Shown: positions 40,093 through 52,801, counted from the stretch's first letter. The stretch is DNA of 64,000 nucleotides from Patescibacteria group bacterium (GCA_041665505.1 JBAYIR010000004.1:6797-70796); one strand, 5' to 3'. Notes: a model not told the origin generated them from the sequence alone. Numbers and translations are program-made.

Positions 40093-43053
40093 ATGGACTT
40101 AAATTACTTAAATAAAGCACAAAAACAAGCCGTTAGCCATGATCAGGGGCCGGCTATTTTAATAGCTGGGGCTGGTACTGGTAAAACTACAGTTATCACT
40201 TCTCGCATTGCTTATTTGATAGAGCAAAAAAAAGCTCAGCCAGATGAAATATTAGCTGTTACTTTTACTGAAAAAGCGGCTGGTGAGTTGGCGGAGCGAG
40301 TAGATAAGCTTTTGCCTTTGGGCTATAGTGATTTATGGATTCATACTTTTCATGGTTTTGCGGAAAAGGTTTTGAAAAACTATGCTTTGGAAATTGGTTT
40401 GTCCAATGATTTCAAATTATTAGATCAAACTGCCGCTTGGGTTTTGCTTAGAGAAAATTTGGACAAGTTTGATTTGGATTATTACGCCCCTTTGGGTAAT
40501 CCCACCAAATTTATTCACGCTTTGCTCAGTCATTTTTCTCGGCTGAAAGACGAAGTAGTTTATCCAGCAGAGTATCTCAAATATGCTCAAGATTTACATC
40601 TAGATACTGATCAAGCTGGTGATAGAGAGGAAAGAGCTATGGAAGTAGCTAGAGTGAGAGAAGTAGCCAATGCTTATCATGTTTACCAAGAGCTACTTTT
40701 GGAAAAGAATGCTTTGGATTTTGGTGATTTGATAAATTATACTTTGGAACTTTTCAAAAAGCGTCCGCAGATTTTGAAAAAATTTAGGCAGCAATTTAAA
40801 TATATTTTGGTGGATGAGTTTCAAGATACCAACTGGGCTCAGTATGAACTGATAAAGATTTTAGCTGCTCCAAAAAATAATGTCATGGTGGTTGGTGATG
40901 ATGATCAAGCTATTTATAAATTTCGGGGAGCAGCCATATCAAATATTTTAAATTTTAAAAAAGATTATAGTAGTCGGAAGTCCACCTCTGCTAAGGCTTC
41001 GGTAAAGACTCAACCGGCGCTTTGTGAGATTTTTTTAAATGACAATTATCGCAGTGGTCAGAAGATATTGGATACAGCTTATAATTTCATTCAGCAAAAT
41101 GATCCAGATAGATTGGAATATCAATATAAAAAGAAAAAAACTCCGCTCAATAAAAAACTTAAGAGTCATAGCACTAGTGATGGTTCAGTAGATGTTATTT
41201 CCTTTGTGGATAAAAACGCAGAAATAGATGGCATCTTGGCCAAGATAATAGATCTAAAACAAAAAGACAAAGAAGCTACTTGGTCTGATTTTGCTATACT
41301 AGTCAGAGCCAATGATCAAGCTCAAGGCTTTGTGTCTATGATGAGAAAAATAGGTATTCCTCATCAATTTATGGCTTCCCGTGGTCTTTATGCTCAGGAT
41401 ATTGTCCAAGATATTATGGCTTATTTGAAATTATTGGATAATTATCATGAGTCGTCCGCTTTTTTTAGAATATTATCTTTACCTATTACTGGTTTAAATA
41501 TTGAGACTATTATTAATCTCAATCACTTAGCTGGCAAAAAAGCTTGGAGTTTATATTATACGGCCAAAGTTTTTCGCCAACATATCAATTTGCCCTTGGC
41601 AGACCAAAAAATAATTGATAAAATAATTTTAGATATTGATAAGCACACCAAATTGTCCAAAGAGCAGCCCGTTTCCCAAGTAGTCTACAATTGGTTAGAG
41701 GATAGTGGTTATCTCAATATGTTGACTTTGGAGCAAAATCAATATAATAAAGACCAGTTGCATTTCCTCAATCAATTTTATAGAAAAATAAGAGCTTGGG
41801 AAGAAGAGTCTATTGAAGATACTTCTACTCATAATTTTTTGGAGACACTGGAGATGGAAATCCAATCAGGAGAAATGGGGGCAATGCAGTTTGATGCTGA
41901 AGCTGGGCCGGATGTAGTCAAAGTCATGACTGTCCACGGAGCCAAAGGCTTGGAATTTAAATATGTTTTTATTAGCAATTTAGTCCATTTGAGATTTCCT
42001 TCGACTGAGCGTCGTGATCCAATAGAGGTGCCTGATACTTTCATTAAAGAAGATTTACCATCAGGTGATGCTCATTTACAAGAAGAGCGTCGTTTGTTTT
42101 ATGTGGCTATGACTAGAGCCAAAGAAAAAGTCTATCTGACTTGGGCTAAAAATTATGGCGGAGCTACTAGTAAAAAACCATCTCGTTTTATAGATGAAAT
42201 TGCTATTTTGAGTCAAGAAATAAATACTCCTATTAAAGAACCAAGTAAGATTAATACCAAAAAAAGTAAAGCTAATTATCCTATCCCAAAAATATTTTCT
42301 TTTTCTCAGTTAAGGGCTTATGAAGCTTGTCCTTGGCAGTATTTTTATAATTTTATAGCCAAGATACCGACCAAAGGTAGTGCGCATTTTAGTTTTGGTA
42401 AGACTATGCACTCTACCTTACAGAAATTTTATCAATTAATCATCAATAATTCTGAACTAGGACAAGGCGACTTATTTTCTAAGGATAAAAAAATAGTCAT
42501 GCCGGGTGAAAAAGAGCTATTGGCTTTTTATGAAGAGTCTTGGATTGATGATTGGTATGAGAGCGACAGCCAAAAACAAAAATATTATCAAGATGGTATT
42601 CGTATTCTGAAGGATTATTATAAGCAGTATAAAGATAATTTTCCCATACCTTTGTTTTTGGAAAAAGGTTTTACTATCAAAATAAAAGATTATAGTCTGC
42701 GGGGTGTTTTTGATAGAGTAGATACTGACAAGACTGCTTGGAAAATAATTGATTACAAAACTGGTCAAGCTAAAGATAAACTGACTTTTGAAGATAAAAA
42801 ACAGCTGCTCATTTATCAGATTGCAGCTGAAGAAGTATTTAAACAGCCTGTCAAAGAACTTACTTTTTTTTATCTTAGCAACAACAGTGCAGTGTCATTT
42901 GTGGGTAGTGAAAAAGAAATAACTAAAGTCAAAGATTGGATAAAAACGACTATTGATAATATTAACAGTCATGATTTTACCGCTACACCAGGTCATGTCT
43001 GCGCCACTTGTGATTTTAGGTCAATTTGCCCTTATGCTAAATTGAATAAATAA
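40093..43053 (+). CDS. UvrD/PcrA-family helicase fused to a C-terminal PD-(D/E)XK nuclease
   Basis: AGAGTGKT, VDEFQD, GDDDQAIYKFRGA, MTVHGAKGLEF and EERRLFYVAMTRA, then DRVD..IIDYKTG with C...CxxC.....C. The true start lies within 40081-40093. Confidence 0.93.
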   Translation: MDLNYLNKAQKQAVSHDQGPAILIAGAGTGKTTVITSRIAYLIEQKKAQPDEILAVTFTEKAAGELAERVDKLLPLGYSDLWIHTFHGFAEKVLKNYALEIGLSNDFKLLDQTAAWVLLRENLDKFDLDYYAPLGNPTKFIHALLSHFSRLKDEVVYPAEYLKYAQDLHLDTDQAGDREERAMEVARVREVANAYHVYQELLLEKNALDFGDLINYTLELFKKRPQILKKFRQQFKYILVDEFQDTNWAQYELIKILAAPKNNVMVVGDDDQAIYKFRGAAISNILNFKKDYSSRKSTSAKASVKTQPALCEIFLNDNYRSGQKILDTAYNFIQQNDPDRLEYQYKKKKTPLNKKLKSHSTSDGSVDVISFVDKNAEIDGILAKIIDLKQKDKEATWSDFAILVRANDQAQGFVSMMRKIGIPHQFMASRGLYAQDIVQDIMAYLKLLDNYHESSAFFRILSLPITGLNIETIINLNHLAGKKAWSLYYTAKVFRQHINLPLADQKIIDKIILDIDKHTKLSKEQPVSQVVYNWLEDSGYLNMLTLEQNQYNKDQLHFLNQFYRKIRAWEEESIEDTSTHNFLETLEMEIQSGEMGAMQFDAEAGPDVVKVMTVHGAKGLEFKYVFISNLVHLRFPSTERRDPIEVPDTFIKEDLPSGDAHLQEERRLFYVAMTRAKEKVYLTWAKNYGGATSKKPSRFIDEIAILSQEINTPIKEPSKINTKKSKANYPIPKIFSFSQLRAYEACPWQYFYNFIAKIPTKGSAHFSFGKTMHSTLQKFYQLIINNSELGQGDLFSKDKKIVMPGEKELLAFYEESWIDDWYESDSQKQKYYQDGIRILKDYYKQYKDNFPIPLFLEKGFTIKIKDYSLRGVFDRVDTDKTAWKIIDYKTGQAKDKLTFEDKKQLLIYQIAAEEVFKQPVKELTFFYLSNNSAVSFVGSEKEITKVKDWIKTTIDNINSHDFTATPGHVCATCDFRSICPYAKLNK

Positions 43054-43054
43054 T

Positions 43055-43351
43055 ATGTCTTGGAATAGTTTTAAGGATTTAGCCAATCAGGTTGTTAGTA
43101 AAAAAGGGATTAGCCAACAAATTCAAGAGTCTTTGGTATTGGAATCAGCTAATAGATTATTAGTTGATTTTTTGTCTGATCAGTCTAAAGATAAAATGAG
43201 CGCTGTTTATTTTAAGGCGGGTGTTTTGACAATTGCCGCCTTAGATGATAATTTTTTAGAGAAATTGATAAATGATAAAGATTTATTTATAGCTAATTTA
43301 AATAGTAAATTGGGAGAGGAAATAGTAGTTAAGTTAAATTTTTTGAGCTAA
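43055..43351 (+). CDS. DciA/DUF721-like protein
   Basis: 98 aa; AVYFKAGVLTIA...LNSKLGEEIVVKLNF pattern. Confidence 0.6.
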   Translation: MSWNSFKDLANQVVSKKGISQQIQESLVLESANRLLVDFLSDQSKDKMSAVYFKAGVLTIAALDDNFLEKLINDKDLFIANLNSKLGEEIVVKLNFLS

Positions 43352-43419
43352 GTTCATTTGAAATAAAATATTTTTAGAAGGAATTGTCCGTCACTGTTCA
43401 CTCGCACAGGGAGGTAGTC

Positions 43420-43707
43420 ATGTCTGAAGCCGTCGCTTACATCAAAATCATTGATACTCCTTCGGGAGAGGAAAACCTGCTCGCGCGTCATGAGTTTCAA
43501 GACTTGGTCTTACCGACCATCACCCCCAACGGTCAGCAAGTTGGCTACTACGTCGTCTATCTTTTGGATGCTCTGCCCATCATCAACGCGGAGCGCCCAC
43601 TCTTGGCCGAATGGCTCAAAGAGAAGTATCCAGAAGAGCAAGATCGCTCTAGTATCCGTCTCATTTTTGAGGCAACAGTCTGCCAAGAGACGATGGCCTT
43701 GGTATAG
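43420..43707 (+). CDS. GC-rich orphan protein (islet 3)
   Basis: 95-aa ORF from ATG 43420 preceded by GGGAGGT and followed by a strong hairpin. Confidence 0.6.
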   Translation: MSEAVAYIKIIDTPSGEENLLARHEFQDLVLPTITPNGQQVGYYVVYLLDALPIINAERPLLAEWLKEKYPEEQDRSSIRLIFEATVCQETMALV

Positions 43708-43735
43708 CAGATAGCAACGCTCGGCTGATGACAGT

Positions 43736-43766
43736 GGCGAAGCTGGGTTCAAACCCCAGCTTCGCC
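43736..43766. terminator. GC-rich hairpin closing islet 3
   Basis: GGCGAAGCTGGG-TTCAAAC-CCCAGCTTCGCC, with no clear T-tail. Confidence 0.6.
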
Positions 43767-43815
43767 TCCTACTAAAAGTATTTTATTTGGAGCTTAATTT
43801 ACTTACTTACGAGGA

Positions 43816-44313
43816 GTGGGATTGATTTTTCAGGCTTTTTTTAGTATTATTCATATCAATGGATATCATAAAAGACTATCTGGCAGTAAAATAAATATTA
43901 ATTTTTTAAAGAGGGTGAATATCAGATCTTACAATATTATAATGTTACTAGCCACTGTTTTAGCGTGGCTGGGATTTTTTATAATTATCAACAGTTTTGA
44001 TCCTACCGAAGGCTCTTGGTTGGTTTATGCAATGTTTTATAGTATTTTATTTTTGAGCATTTTGGGTACGCTGTCTTTGATTGGTTTTTTGTCTCGTAGT
44101 ATTTTTAATCACAAAAAATCTAGGCCTAGACTTTTGGCTATTGAGTCTTTCCGTCAAGCCATTATATTTTCCGCTGTTTTAATCTTAGCTTTGATGCTTC
44201 AAGCCGGACGCATCTTGACTTGGTGGAATATGACTCTACTGATTGTCTTAGCCACGGTATTAGAATTTGTGATATTAGTTTTTCGTCAAAATGAAGAAGA
44301 TATAAAAAAGTAA
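43816..44313 (+). CDS. Four-TM hypothetical membrane protein (true start probably near 43915-43942)
   Basis: Hydrophobic ORF; DP...SFRQA...LTWWN pattern. Confidence 0.7.
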   Translation: MGLIFQAFFSIIHINGYHKRLSGSKININFLKRVNIRSYNIIMLLATVLAWLGFFIIINSFDPTEGSWLVYAMFYSILFLSILGTLSLIGFLSRSIFNHKKSRPRLLAIESFRQAIIFSAVLILALMLQAGRILTWWNMTLLIVLATVLEFVILVFRQNEEDIKK

Positions 44314-44366
44314 TTAGCTATTTAGTACTAGAGATATAAAAGTTTAATAAAATAATTTCTAATAGG

Positions 44367-45374
44367 ATGGAAAAGAAATTAAGTGAGCTCAAGAAAAAGT
44401 TTTTGCAAGAAATAGACGGAGTCAAAGATAGTAATCTTTTGGCAGATTTGAAGACCAAATATTTGGGACGCAAAGGTGAGCTGACTAATGTGCTTAAAGA
44501 AGTAAAAGACTTAGCGGCTGCTGAAAAACCAAAGATTGGTAAATTAGCTAATGAAGTTAAAACAGAATTGGCAGATTTTTTTATTAAAGCCGAGAAGTTA
44601 CTAAAAAATGCCCAAAGTGATGAGATAGATTTTGATCCATCTATGCCTGGTATTAGAGAAGAAGTCGGACATTTACATCCATCTACTATAGTGCAATATG
44701 AAATAGAAGATATTTTTGCTCAAATGGGCTTTGGAGTGTATGATGGACCGCAAGTAGAATCAGAATATTATAATTTTACCGCTCTAAATACTCCAGCTGA
44801 TCATCCAGCTAGAGATAGCCAAGATACTTTTTGGTTAGAGCAGGGTCTGCTTTTAAGGAGCCAAACTTCAAATTTGCAAGTGCGGATGTTAGAAAAATAC
44901 GGTTCACCTTTTCGAGGTATTTTCCCAGGTCGGGTTTTTAGAAATGAGGCCACTGATGCTAGTCATGATCATACTTTTTATCAATTAGAAGGTTTAATGG
45001 TAGACAAGGACATTAATATCGGCAATTTGATTGCGGTCATGAAATCATTTTTGTCTACATTTTTTAATACAGAGGTGGATGTCAGGCTCAGACCAGGATT
45101 TTTTCCATTTGTTGAGCCTGGTTTTGAGCTAGATATAAAATGCTTGATTTGTGATGGACATGGCTGTAGTGTCTGTAAGCAATCTGGTTGGGTAGAACTT
45201 ATGCCTTGCGGTTTGGTGCATCCAGAAGTGATTAGAGCTGGTGGACTTGATCCCAAACAGTATTCTGGTTTTGCTTTTGGTTTGGGCTTTACTCGGCTAG
45301 TGATGATGAGATATAAAATTGATGATATCAGGCTTCTTCAGTCGGGCGATTTAAGATTTTTAAAACAATTTTAA
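44367..45374 (+). CDS. pheS: Phenylalanyl-tRNA synthetase alpha subunit
   Basis: GHLHP, HPARDSQDTF, FFPFVEP and GFAFGLG motifs. Confidence 0.97.
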   Translation: MEKKLSELKKKFLQEIDGVKDSNLLADLKTKYLGRKGELTNVLKEVKDLAAAEKPKIGKLANEVKTELADFFIKAEKLLKNAQSDEIDFDPSMPGIREEVGHLHPSTIVQYEIEDIFAQMGFGVYDGPQVESEYYNFTALNTPADHPARDSQDTFWLEQGLLLRSQTSNLQVRMLEKYGSPFRGIFPGRVFRNEATDASHDHTFYQLEGLMVDKDINIGNLIAVMKSFLSTFFNTEVDVRLRPGFFPFVEPGFELDIKCLICDGHGCSVCKQSGWVELMPCGLVHPEVIRAGGLDPKQYSGFAFGLGFTRLVMMRYKIDDIRLLQSGDLRFLKQF

Positions 45375-45375
45375 T

Positions 45376-47805
45376 ATGTATTTATCACTGGATTGGGTCA
45401 AAGATTGGATAAAATTACCAAAAGATTTAGCTAGTAAACAGCTAGCCTTGGATTTTACTATGGCTATAGTAGAAGTGGAAGAAGTAATTGAGAGAGGAGA
45501 GGCACTGACAGGAATAGTAGTTGGTAAGATCAATGAAATCACCAAACATCCAGATGCTGACAAATTACAAGTTTGCCAAGTTGACACTGGAGAAAAAGTA
45601 GAACAAATTATTTGTGGCGGCACAAATTTAAATAAAGGCATGCTAGTAGCAGTAGCCAAAGTAGGTTCGCGTGTCAAATGGCACGGGCAGGGTGATTTGG
45701 TGACTATAGCCAAGACCAAAATTCGTGGTTTAGAGTCTAGTGGTATGATAGCGGCTGCTGAAGAGATTGGTTTGGAAAAGCTCTTTCCTCAAAAGTCAGA
45801 TAGAGAAATTCTTGATTTTTCAGCTCTAAAATTAAAAGTTGGTCAGCCTTTGGCTGAAGCTTTAGAATTAAATGATACTATTATTGATATTGATAATAAA
45901 TCAATTAATCATCGTCCTGACCTCTGGGGTCAATATGGTCTGGCTCGTGAACTAGCAGCTATTTATAAACTCAAGTTGAGAGAGTATACAGATTTTGAAC
46001 TCAAAGCCAAAAATGAAGTCAAACTCAAAGTAACAGTAGAAGATAAAAGCAATTGTTTTCGTTATTTGGGGATGGTCATAAAAAATATTAAAGTCAATGA
46101 TTCTCCTTGGTGGTTGAAAAAAAGACTAGAAGCAGTTGGTATTAGGCCGATAAATAATATCGTGGATGTGACCAATTATGTCATGTATGAGTTGGGACAG
46201 CCAATGCACGCTTTTGATGCCAAACATATTGAAGGTCATCATATTCAGGTCAAACAAGCTAGAAAAGGCGAAAAATTTGTGACTTTAGATGGAGTTAACA
46301 GAAAATTATCAGAAGGCTCTTTGATGATTGCTGACGCTAAAAAATATGTAGCTTTAGCCGGAATCATGGGCGGTCAAAATAGTGAAATTAGTAGCGATAC
46401 CAGCGAAGTCATACTGGAGTCAGCTAATTTTAGAGCTGCTAACATCAGACGCACTTCTACAAGTATTGGCTTGCGTTCAGAGAGTTCAGCTCGTTTTGAA
46501 AAGTCACTGGATCCAGTTTTAGCTGGTCTAGCTATTAGGCGAGCAGCAGAGTTAATATTAAAATTATGCCCAGAGGCTTATATTGCTAGTAATTTAGTGG
46601 ATATCGACAACAATCCATTTAAAACAATTAGTTTAGAAGTACCAGAAGATTTAATCAACAATCGTTTTGGGCTAGCTATTCCAACAGCTGAGATAAAAGA
46701 TATTTTGAAAAGATTACAGTTTGATTTAAAGTATAAAGCTAAAACATTTTTTATTACTGTGCCAAGTTTTAGAGCGACCAAAGATATTTCTATTCCCGAA
46801 GATATTGTGGAAGAGGTGGCTAGGATTTATGGTTATGACAATATAAAATTTGAATTGCCATTTGTAAATATTAAGAGCCCAGATATCAATTTAAGCCACG
46901 CAGCTGCCAAAGATATCAGGCGATGGCTCAGTTTCACTCAAAAATATTATGAGCTTTACAACTATTCTTTTACTAATCAAGTTTGGGCCAAAAAACTTGG
47001 TTTAGAATTAAACAATCACCTTAAAGTAAAAAATGTTTTTAGTCCCGAACAAGCCTATTTAAATATTTCACTTTTGCCAAATCTATTGGCCAGAGCAGAG
47101 GAGAATCTGCGCTGGTTTGATGAATTTAAGATTTATGAATTGGAGAGGGTCTTTGATAAAACTAGTAAAAGTATTTATCACACTGATAATACCAAAAAGA
47201 AATTTTTACCAAAGCAAGATAAATATTTAGCTGGCGTGGAGGTCAGTAAAAAGACTAAGGCTGATTTGTTTTTATCAGTTAAAGGAATGTTTGAAGCTTT
47301 GATGGATTATCTAAATATTAAGATAGATTTTGAAGACCTAGAGATTGTTTATGCTTCCACAGCTTATAATGTAAAATATAAAGACATTAGTCTTGGTCAG
47401 TTCGGATTATTAAAGTCAGAATTATTTGATAATAGCGATGTCAAAGTCAATGTGGCTTTTTGGCAGTTAAATTTTAGTTTACTGATTAAATATATTAATA
47501 AGGTCAAAAAATATAGTCCTCTAGCTAAATTTCCAGCAGTTTATAGAGATATGGCGGTAGTAGTGGATAAAAGTTTAAAATGGGCTGATTTAGAGGCTGA
47601 GATAGCTAAGATTTCGTCGCTTATTCGTCACTTAGAACCATTTGATGTTTTTTCTGGTCAGGGTATTTTAGAAAATAAAAAATCAGTGGCTTTTCATTTG
47701 GAATTTAGAAGTAATGATCGGACTTTATTGACTGAAGAGGTAGATAAATTAATGGAAGATATTTTGGCAATTTTAAATAAAAAATTTGCGGCAATTTTGC
47801 GCTAA
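45376..47805 (+). CDS. pheT: Phenylalanyl-tRNA synthetase beta subunit
   Basis: HPDADKL, NHRPDL, INNIVDVTNYVM, EDIVEEVARIYGYD and a C-terminal anticodon-binding domain. Confidence 0.97.
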   Translation: MYLSLDWVKDWIKLPKDLASKQLALDFTMAIVEVEEVIERGEALTGIVVGKINEITKHPDADKLQVCQVDTGEKVEQIICGGTNLNKGMLVAVAKVGSRVKWHGQGDLVTIAKTKIRGLESSGMIAAAEEIGLEKLFPQKSDREILDFSALKLKVGQPLAEALELNDTIIDIDNKSINHRPDLWGQYGLARELAAIYKLKLREYTDFELKAKNEVKLKVTVEDKSNCFRYLGMVIKNIKVNDSPWWLKKRLEAVGIRPINNIVDVTNYVMYELGQPMHAFDAKHIEGHHIQVKQARKGEKFVTLDGVNRKLSEGSLMIADAKKYVALAGIMGGQNSEISSDTSEVILESANFRAANIRRTSTSIGLRSESSARFEKSLDPVLAGLAIRRAAELILKLCPEAYIASNLVDIDNNPFKTISLEVPEDLINNRFGLAIPTAEIKDILKRLQFDLKYKAKTFFITVPSFRATKDISIPEDIVEEVARIYGYDNIKFELPFVNIKSPDINLSHAAAKDIRRWLSFTQKYYELYNYSFTNQVWAKKLGLELNNHLKVKNVFSPEQAYLNISLLPNLLARAEENLRWFDEFKIYELERVFDKTSKSIYHTDNTKKKFLPKQDKYLAGVEVSKKTKADLFLSVKGMFEALMDYLNIKIDFEDLEIVYASTAYNVKYKDISLGQFGLLKSELFDNSDVKVNVAFWQLNFSLLIKYINKVKKYSPLAKFPAVYRDMAVVVDKSLKWADLEAEIAKISSLIRHLEPFDVFSGQGILENKKSVAFHLEFRSNDRTLLTEEVDKLMEDILAILNKKFAAILR

Positions 47806-47886
47806 TATTAGTTAAGAAATATCTATAAAAACAATCTAGGTTCTAGGTTGTTTTTTAAGTGATTTTATGCTAAAATAAAGACATAA

Positions 47887-49962
<2,076 letters not shown>

Positions 49963-49971
49963 ATTATAGCT

Positions 49972-51696
49972 ATGGAACTTAGCTATACAACTCTAAATAT
50001 TTTAGCATTATCTAAGGTGATTTTATTTTTCTATGGAGCTTTAATGCTCCTTTTTGTTTATAAAAATAAAAAACCGATTTGGTATTTATCTTTGACGGGA
50101 TTAAGTATTACGCTTTTTTATATATTTTTATCTTGGCCCCTCCAGCGAATGTGGGGTGGTAATATAGGGGATGAACTTTTTATTTCCGCATTTTTGGGCA
50201 AGGTTTTGTTTGATGGGCCAGCTCACGATTTTTATTATGGTTGGCTGCCAAATTTTTATCCGCCTTTATATTTTTGGGTGACTGGACTACTGTCTAGACC
50301 TTTGGCCAACAATGCTATAGTAGCAGCTAAAATAGGTCTGGCTGGTACTTTGCTTTTGTGGTTTTTTGGCACTTACTATTGGCAAAAATTATTTTGGCAT
50401 AAAATATCAAGTAGTAAAAAGAATCAAAATAATATAGTAGAATCAAATTGGTTTTGGTTTTTATTTCCAGTTGTTTATTTAGCGGCTTTGGATTTTGATA
50501 GCATAATTTTTAAGCCTTATGAAGCTATTTCAGCTTTATTTGGTGTTTTACTAATGGCTATAGTAGCTAGAGCCTCTTATGAAAAAAAATGGACCAAATA
50601 TCATTATCTGTTTATTGGTCTTAGTGGGGGCTTACTTTTCTTAGTTTATTATTTTTGGTGGGTGATATTTATTCCGACGCTGCTAGCTTTAATTTTTTTA
50701 AACAAAACACAGAAGTTTTTAAATTTTAAAAGATTTATATATAGTGGGCTAATTATTTTGGCTATCAGCTCAGTTTTTATAGGGCCACTAATTTATTCTT
50801 ATATAAAATATGGTATAGAAAATGCGCAGGCCATACATTTTGTCTATGGAGACTTTTTTTCTTTCATGCCTTGGCAAGAGATATCTATCAGATCACTGAT
50901 ATACATTTTTGGTCTTTTGTCCTTATTTATATTTAGCAGAAAAAGTTTTATCAAATCATCTCTGTTGATCTTGGTCTTTTCCTATCTTTATCAATTTATA
51001 AATATTTTGGCTTTTTTATTTGGTGCTAAGCCAATGCAAGCTTCCAAGCATCTTTATTTTTTAGCTACAGCAGCTATAGCCTTGGCTTTTAGTTATTTGG
51101 CTATTTATGTTTACAAAAAATATATTCAAAATTTAAAAATAGAGTATCGTCGGGGGATTTTGTTTTTGCTAGTATTACTACTTTTAACTAGATTACCCTT
51201 TGTCAATTTTATAGATAACCAGGACAGACTTTATCAAATAGAAAAAGATTTACAAAAGCCTCAATCAGTAGTTCAATTAGCCCAAGCTATAAAAACGCAA
51301 ATTCCTGATTATAAACAGCGTTTGTGGTTGTCCACTGGCTCTATGGATTTGCCTGCTTATTTGCCGCTATCATATTATATAGCCAATAGCATACATTTTT
51401 CTCATCATGCTTCTCTTTATTCACAGAGAATAGCTGAAGTAAAAGCCATGGCGCAAGCTAAAAATCCAGAAGAATTTTTAAGCATTATAGATAAAGGGCA
51501 GCCTTGGCCAATAGATAGTCTGTTACTTGGCGATGATAATCAAAATGATTATTATACTTTCTATTTTTGGAATGACAATTTTCCCAATGGTGGTAAAGAA
51601 GCTCAAATACATCTGCCAAAAAATTTAATTGTTGATAAATATTGGGACAAAGTATATAATGCAGATAATTGGTTAATATTTTTAAGAAAAAAATAA
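49972..51696 (+). CDS. AftA-like GT-C glycosyltransferase (arabinofuranosyltransferase-like)
   Basis: Polytopic N-terminal domain with GDE and DFYYGWLPNFYPPLYFW (AftA-like D..Y..LP.FYPP..FW) and KPYE; soluble C-terminal domain. Confidence 0.6.
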   Translation: MELSYTTLNILALSKVILFFYGALMLLFVYKNKKPIWYLSLTGLSITLFYIFLSWPLQRMWGGNIGDELFISAFLGKVLFDGPAHDFYYGWLPNFYPPLYFWVTGLLSRPLANNAIVAAKIGLAGTLLLWFFGTYYWQKLFWHKISSSKKNQNNIVESNWFWFLFPVVYLAALDFDSIIFKPYEAISALFGVLLMAIVARASYEKKWTKYHYLFIGLSGGLLFLVYYFWWVIFIPTLLALIFLNKTQKFLNFKRFIYSGLIILAISSVFIGPLIYSYIKYGIENAQAIHFVYGDFFSFMPWQEISIRSLIYIFGLLSLFIFSRKSFIKSSLLILVFSYLYQFINILAFLFGAKPMQASKHLYFLATAAIALAFSYLAIYVYKKYIQNLKIEYRRGILFLLVLLLLTRLPFVNFIDNQDRLYQIEKDLQKPQSVVQLAQAIKTQIPDYKQRLWLSTGSMDLPAYLPLSYYIANSIHFSHHASLYSQRIAEVKAMAQAKNPEEFLSIIDKGQPWPIDSLLLGDDNQNDYYTFYFWNDNFPNGGKEAQIHLPKNLIVDKYWDKVYNADNWLIFLRKK

Positions 51697-51706
51697 AATA
51701 AAAATT

Positions 51707-52783
51707 ATGAATAACCAAAAAGGGTTTATTGGTATTTTATTAAGCATCATTATGACCGCCATACTTGTTGGCGGGGCTACTTATTTTTGGCAACAGCAAG
51801 TAGTTAGTAAATTAATAAGTGATAAAACTAGTCAATTAGAGCAACAATCTCAAGATCAGCTAAAAATTTTACAAGAAAAAATAAGTGATTTAGAAAAAGC
51901 TGCTTCTTTGGCTGAGAGTGAGAATACCAATAATTGGCAGACTTATAGTAATAGTGAATATGGCTATTCTATAAGTTATTTAGAAGGTTGGTTGGTGAAA
52001 GAAAATGAGTATCCGGGTTGTGAAATAACTGCTTGCGACAGAATAAAAGGTTCTGATATTACTATAACTATCAAAAGAAGTGAAAACGAGTTGGATTTAA
52101 AAACATATATTGATAATAAAAAAGTAGGCTGGCACGCTAATAATTATTATGATGTTAAAGTAGATAATTTAGAAGCCATAAAAGAAGTGTATGATTTTAA
52201 TCAATATTCACTTCCGGCAGATGATGTAACTTCTTACTGGTCACCAGTTAATTATTTTATAAAAAAAGATAATTATATTTATTCTATTGAGCTGGAGATA
52301 AAACAACAAGCTGATGAACAAAAGTATCGAGAGCTATTTGGTGAATTAGTAGGGACTTTTAAGTTTTTAGATTATATTACAGCCGATTGGCAGACTTATA
52401 CAAATGAAAAACAAAACTTTACTTTTAAGTATCCTGGAGAATGGCAGATTTTATCAGATAGTGAATTTGATATGTCAGTAGGAATTGTCGCAGGAAAGAA
52501 TCAGTTCATGAGGCTCATAGTAAATCCAGATGGTTTTGGTCCTCATTTTCCAGATAAAGTTTTTAAATTAGAAAAATCAAATGGCCATCTTATTGTAAGT
52601 GATGAGCAATTGGTTGATAATGGAGAGAATAATAATTTAGATACTTATCAAATAATTGCAAGTGAGGATAGTGGTTCTGGCTTACCGTATTTTTGGATGT
52701 CCTTCACAGACAATAGTGGTAATGAAGATGCTTGGGACGAAACAGTGAAGAAAATTATAACGTCTTTATATCTTTTAGACTAA
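51707..52783 (+). CDS. Surface protein with a pilin-like signal, a coiled coil and two PsbP-like domains
   Basis: QKG|FI plus a hydrophobic helix; two WQTYxN..(Y/F)..(Y/F)...W repeats. Confidence 0.65.
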   Translation: MNNQKGFIGILLSIIMTAILVGGATYFWQQQVVSKLISDKTSQLEQQSQDQLKILQEKISDLEKAASLAESENTNNWQTYSNSEYGYSISYLEGWLVKENEYPGCEITACDRIKGSDITITIKRSENELDLKTYIDNKKVGWHANNYYDVKVDNLEAIKEVYDFNQYSLPADDVTSYWSPVNYFIKKDNYIYSIELEIKQQADEQKYRELFGELVGTFKFLDYITADWQTYTNEKQNFTFKYPGEWQILSDSEFDMSVGIVAGKNQFMRLIVNPDGFGPHFPDKVFKLEKSNGHLIVSDEQLVDNGENNNLDTYQIIASEDSGSGLPYFWMSFTDNSGNEDAWDETVKKIITSLYLLD

Positions 52784-52801
52784 AATTAGCTATTTTTATG
52801 C

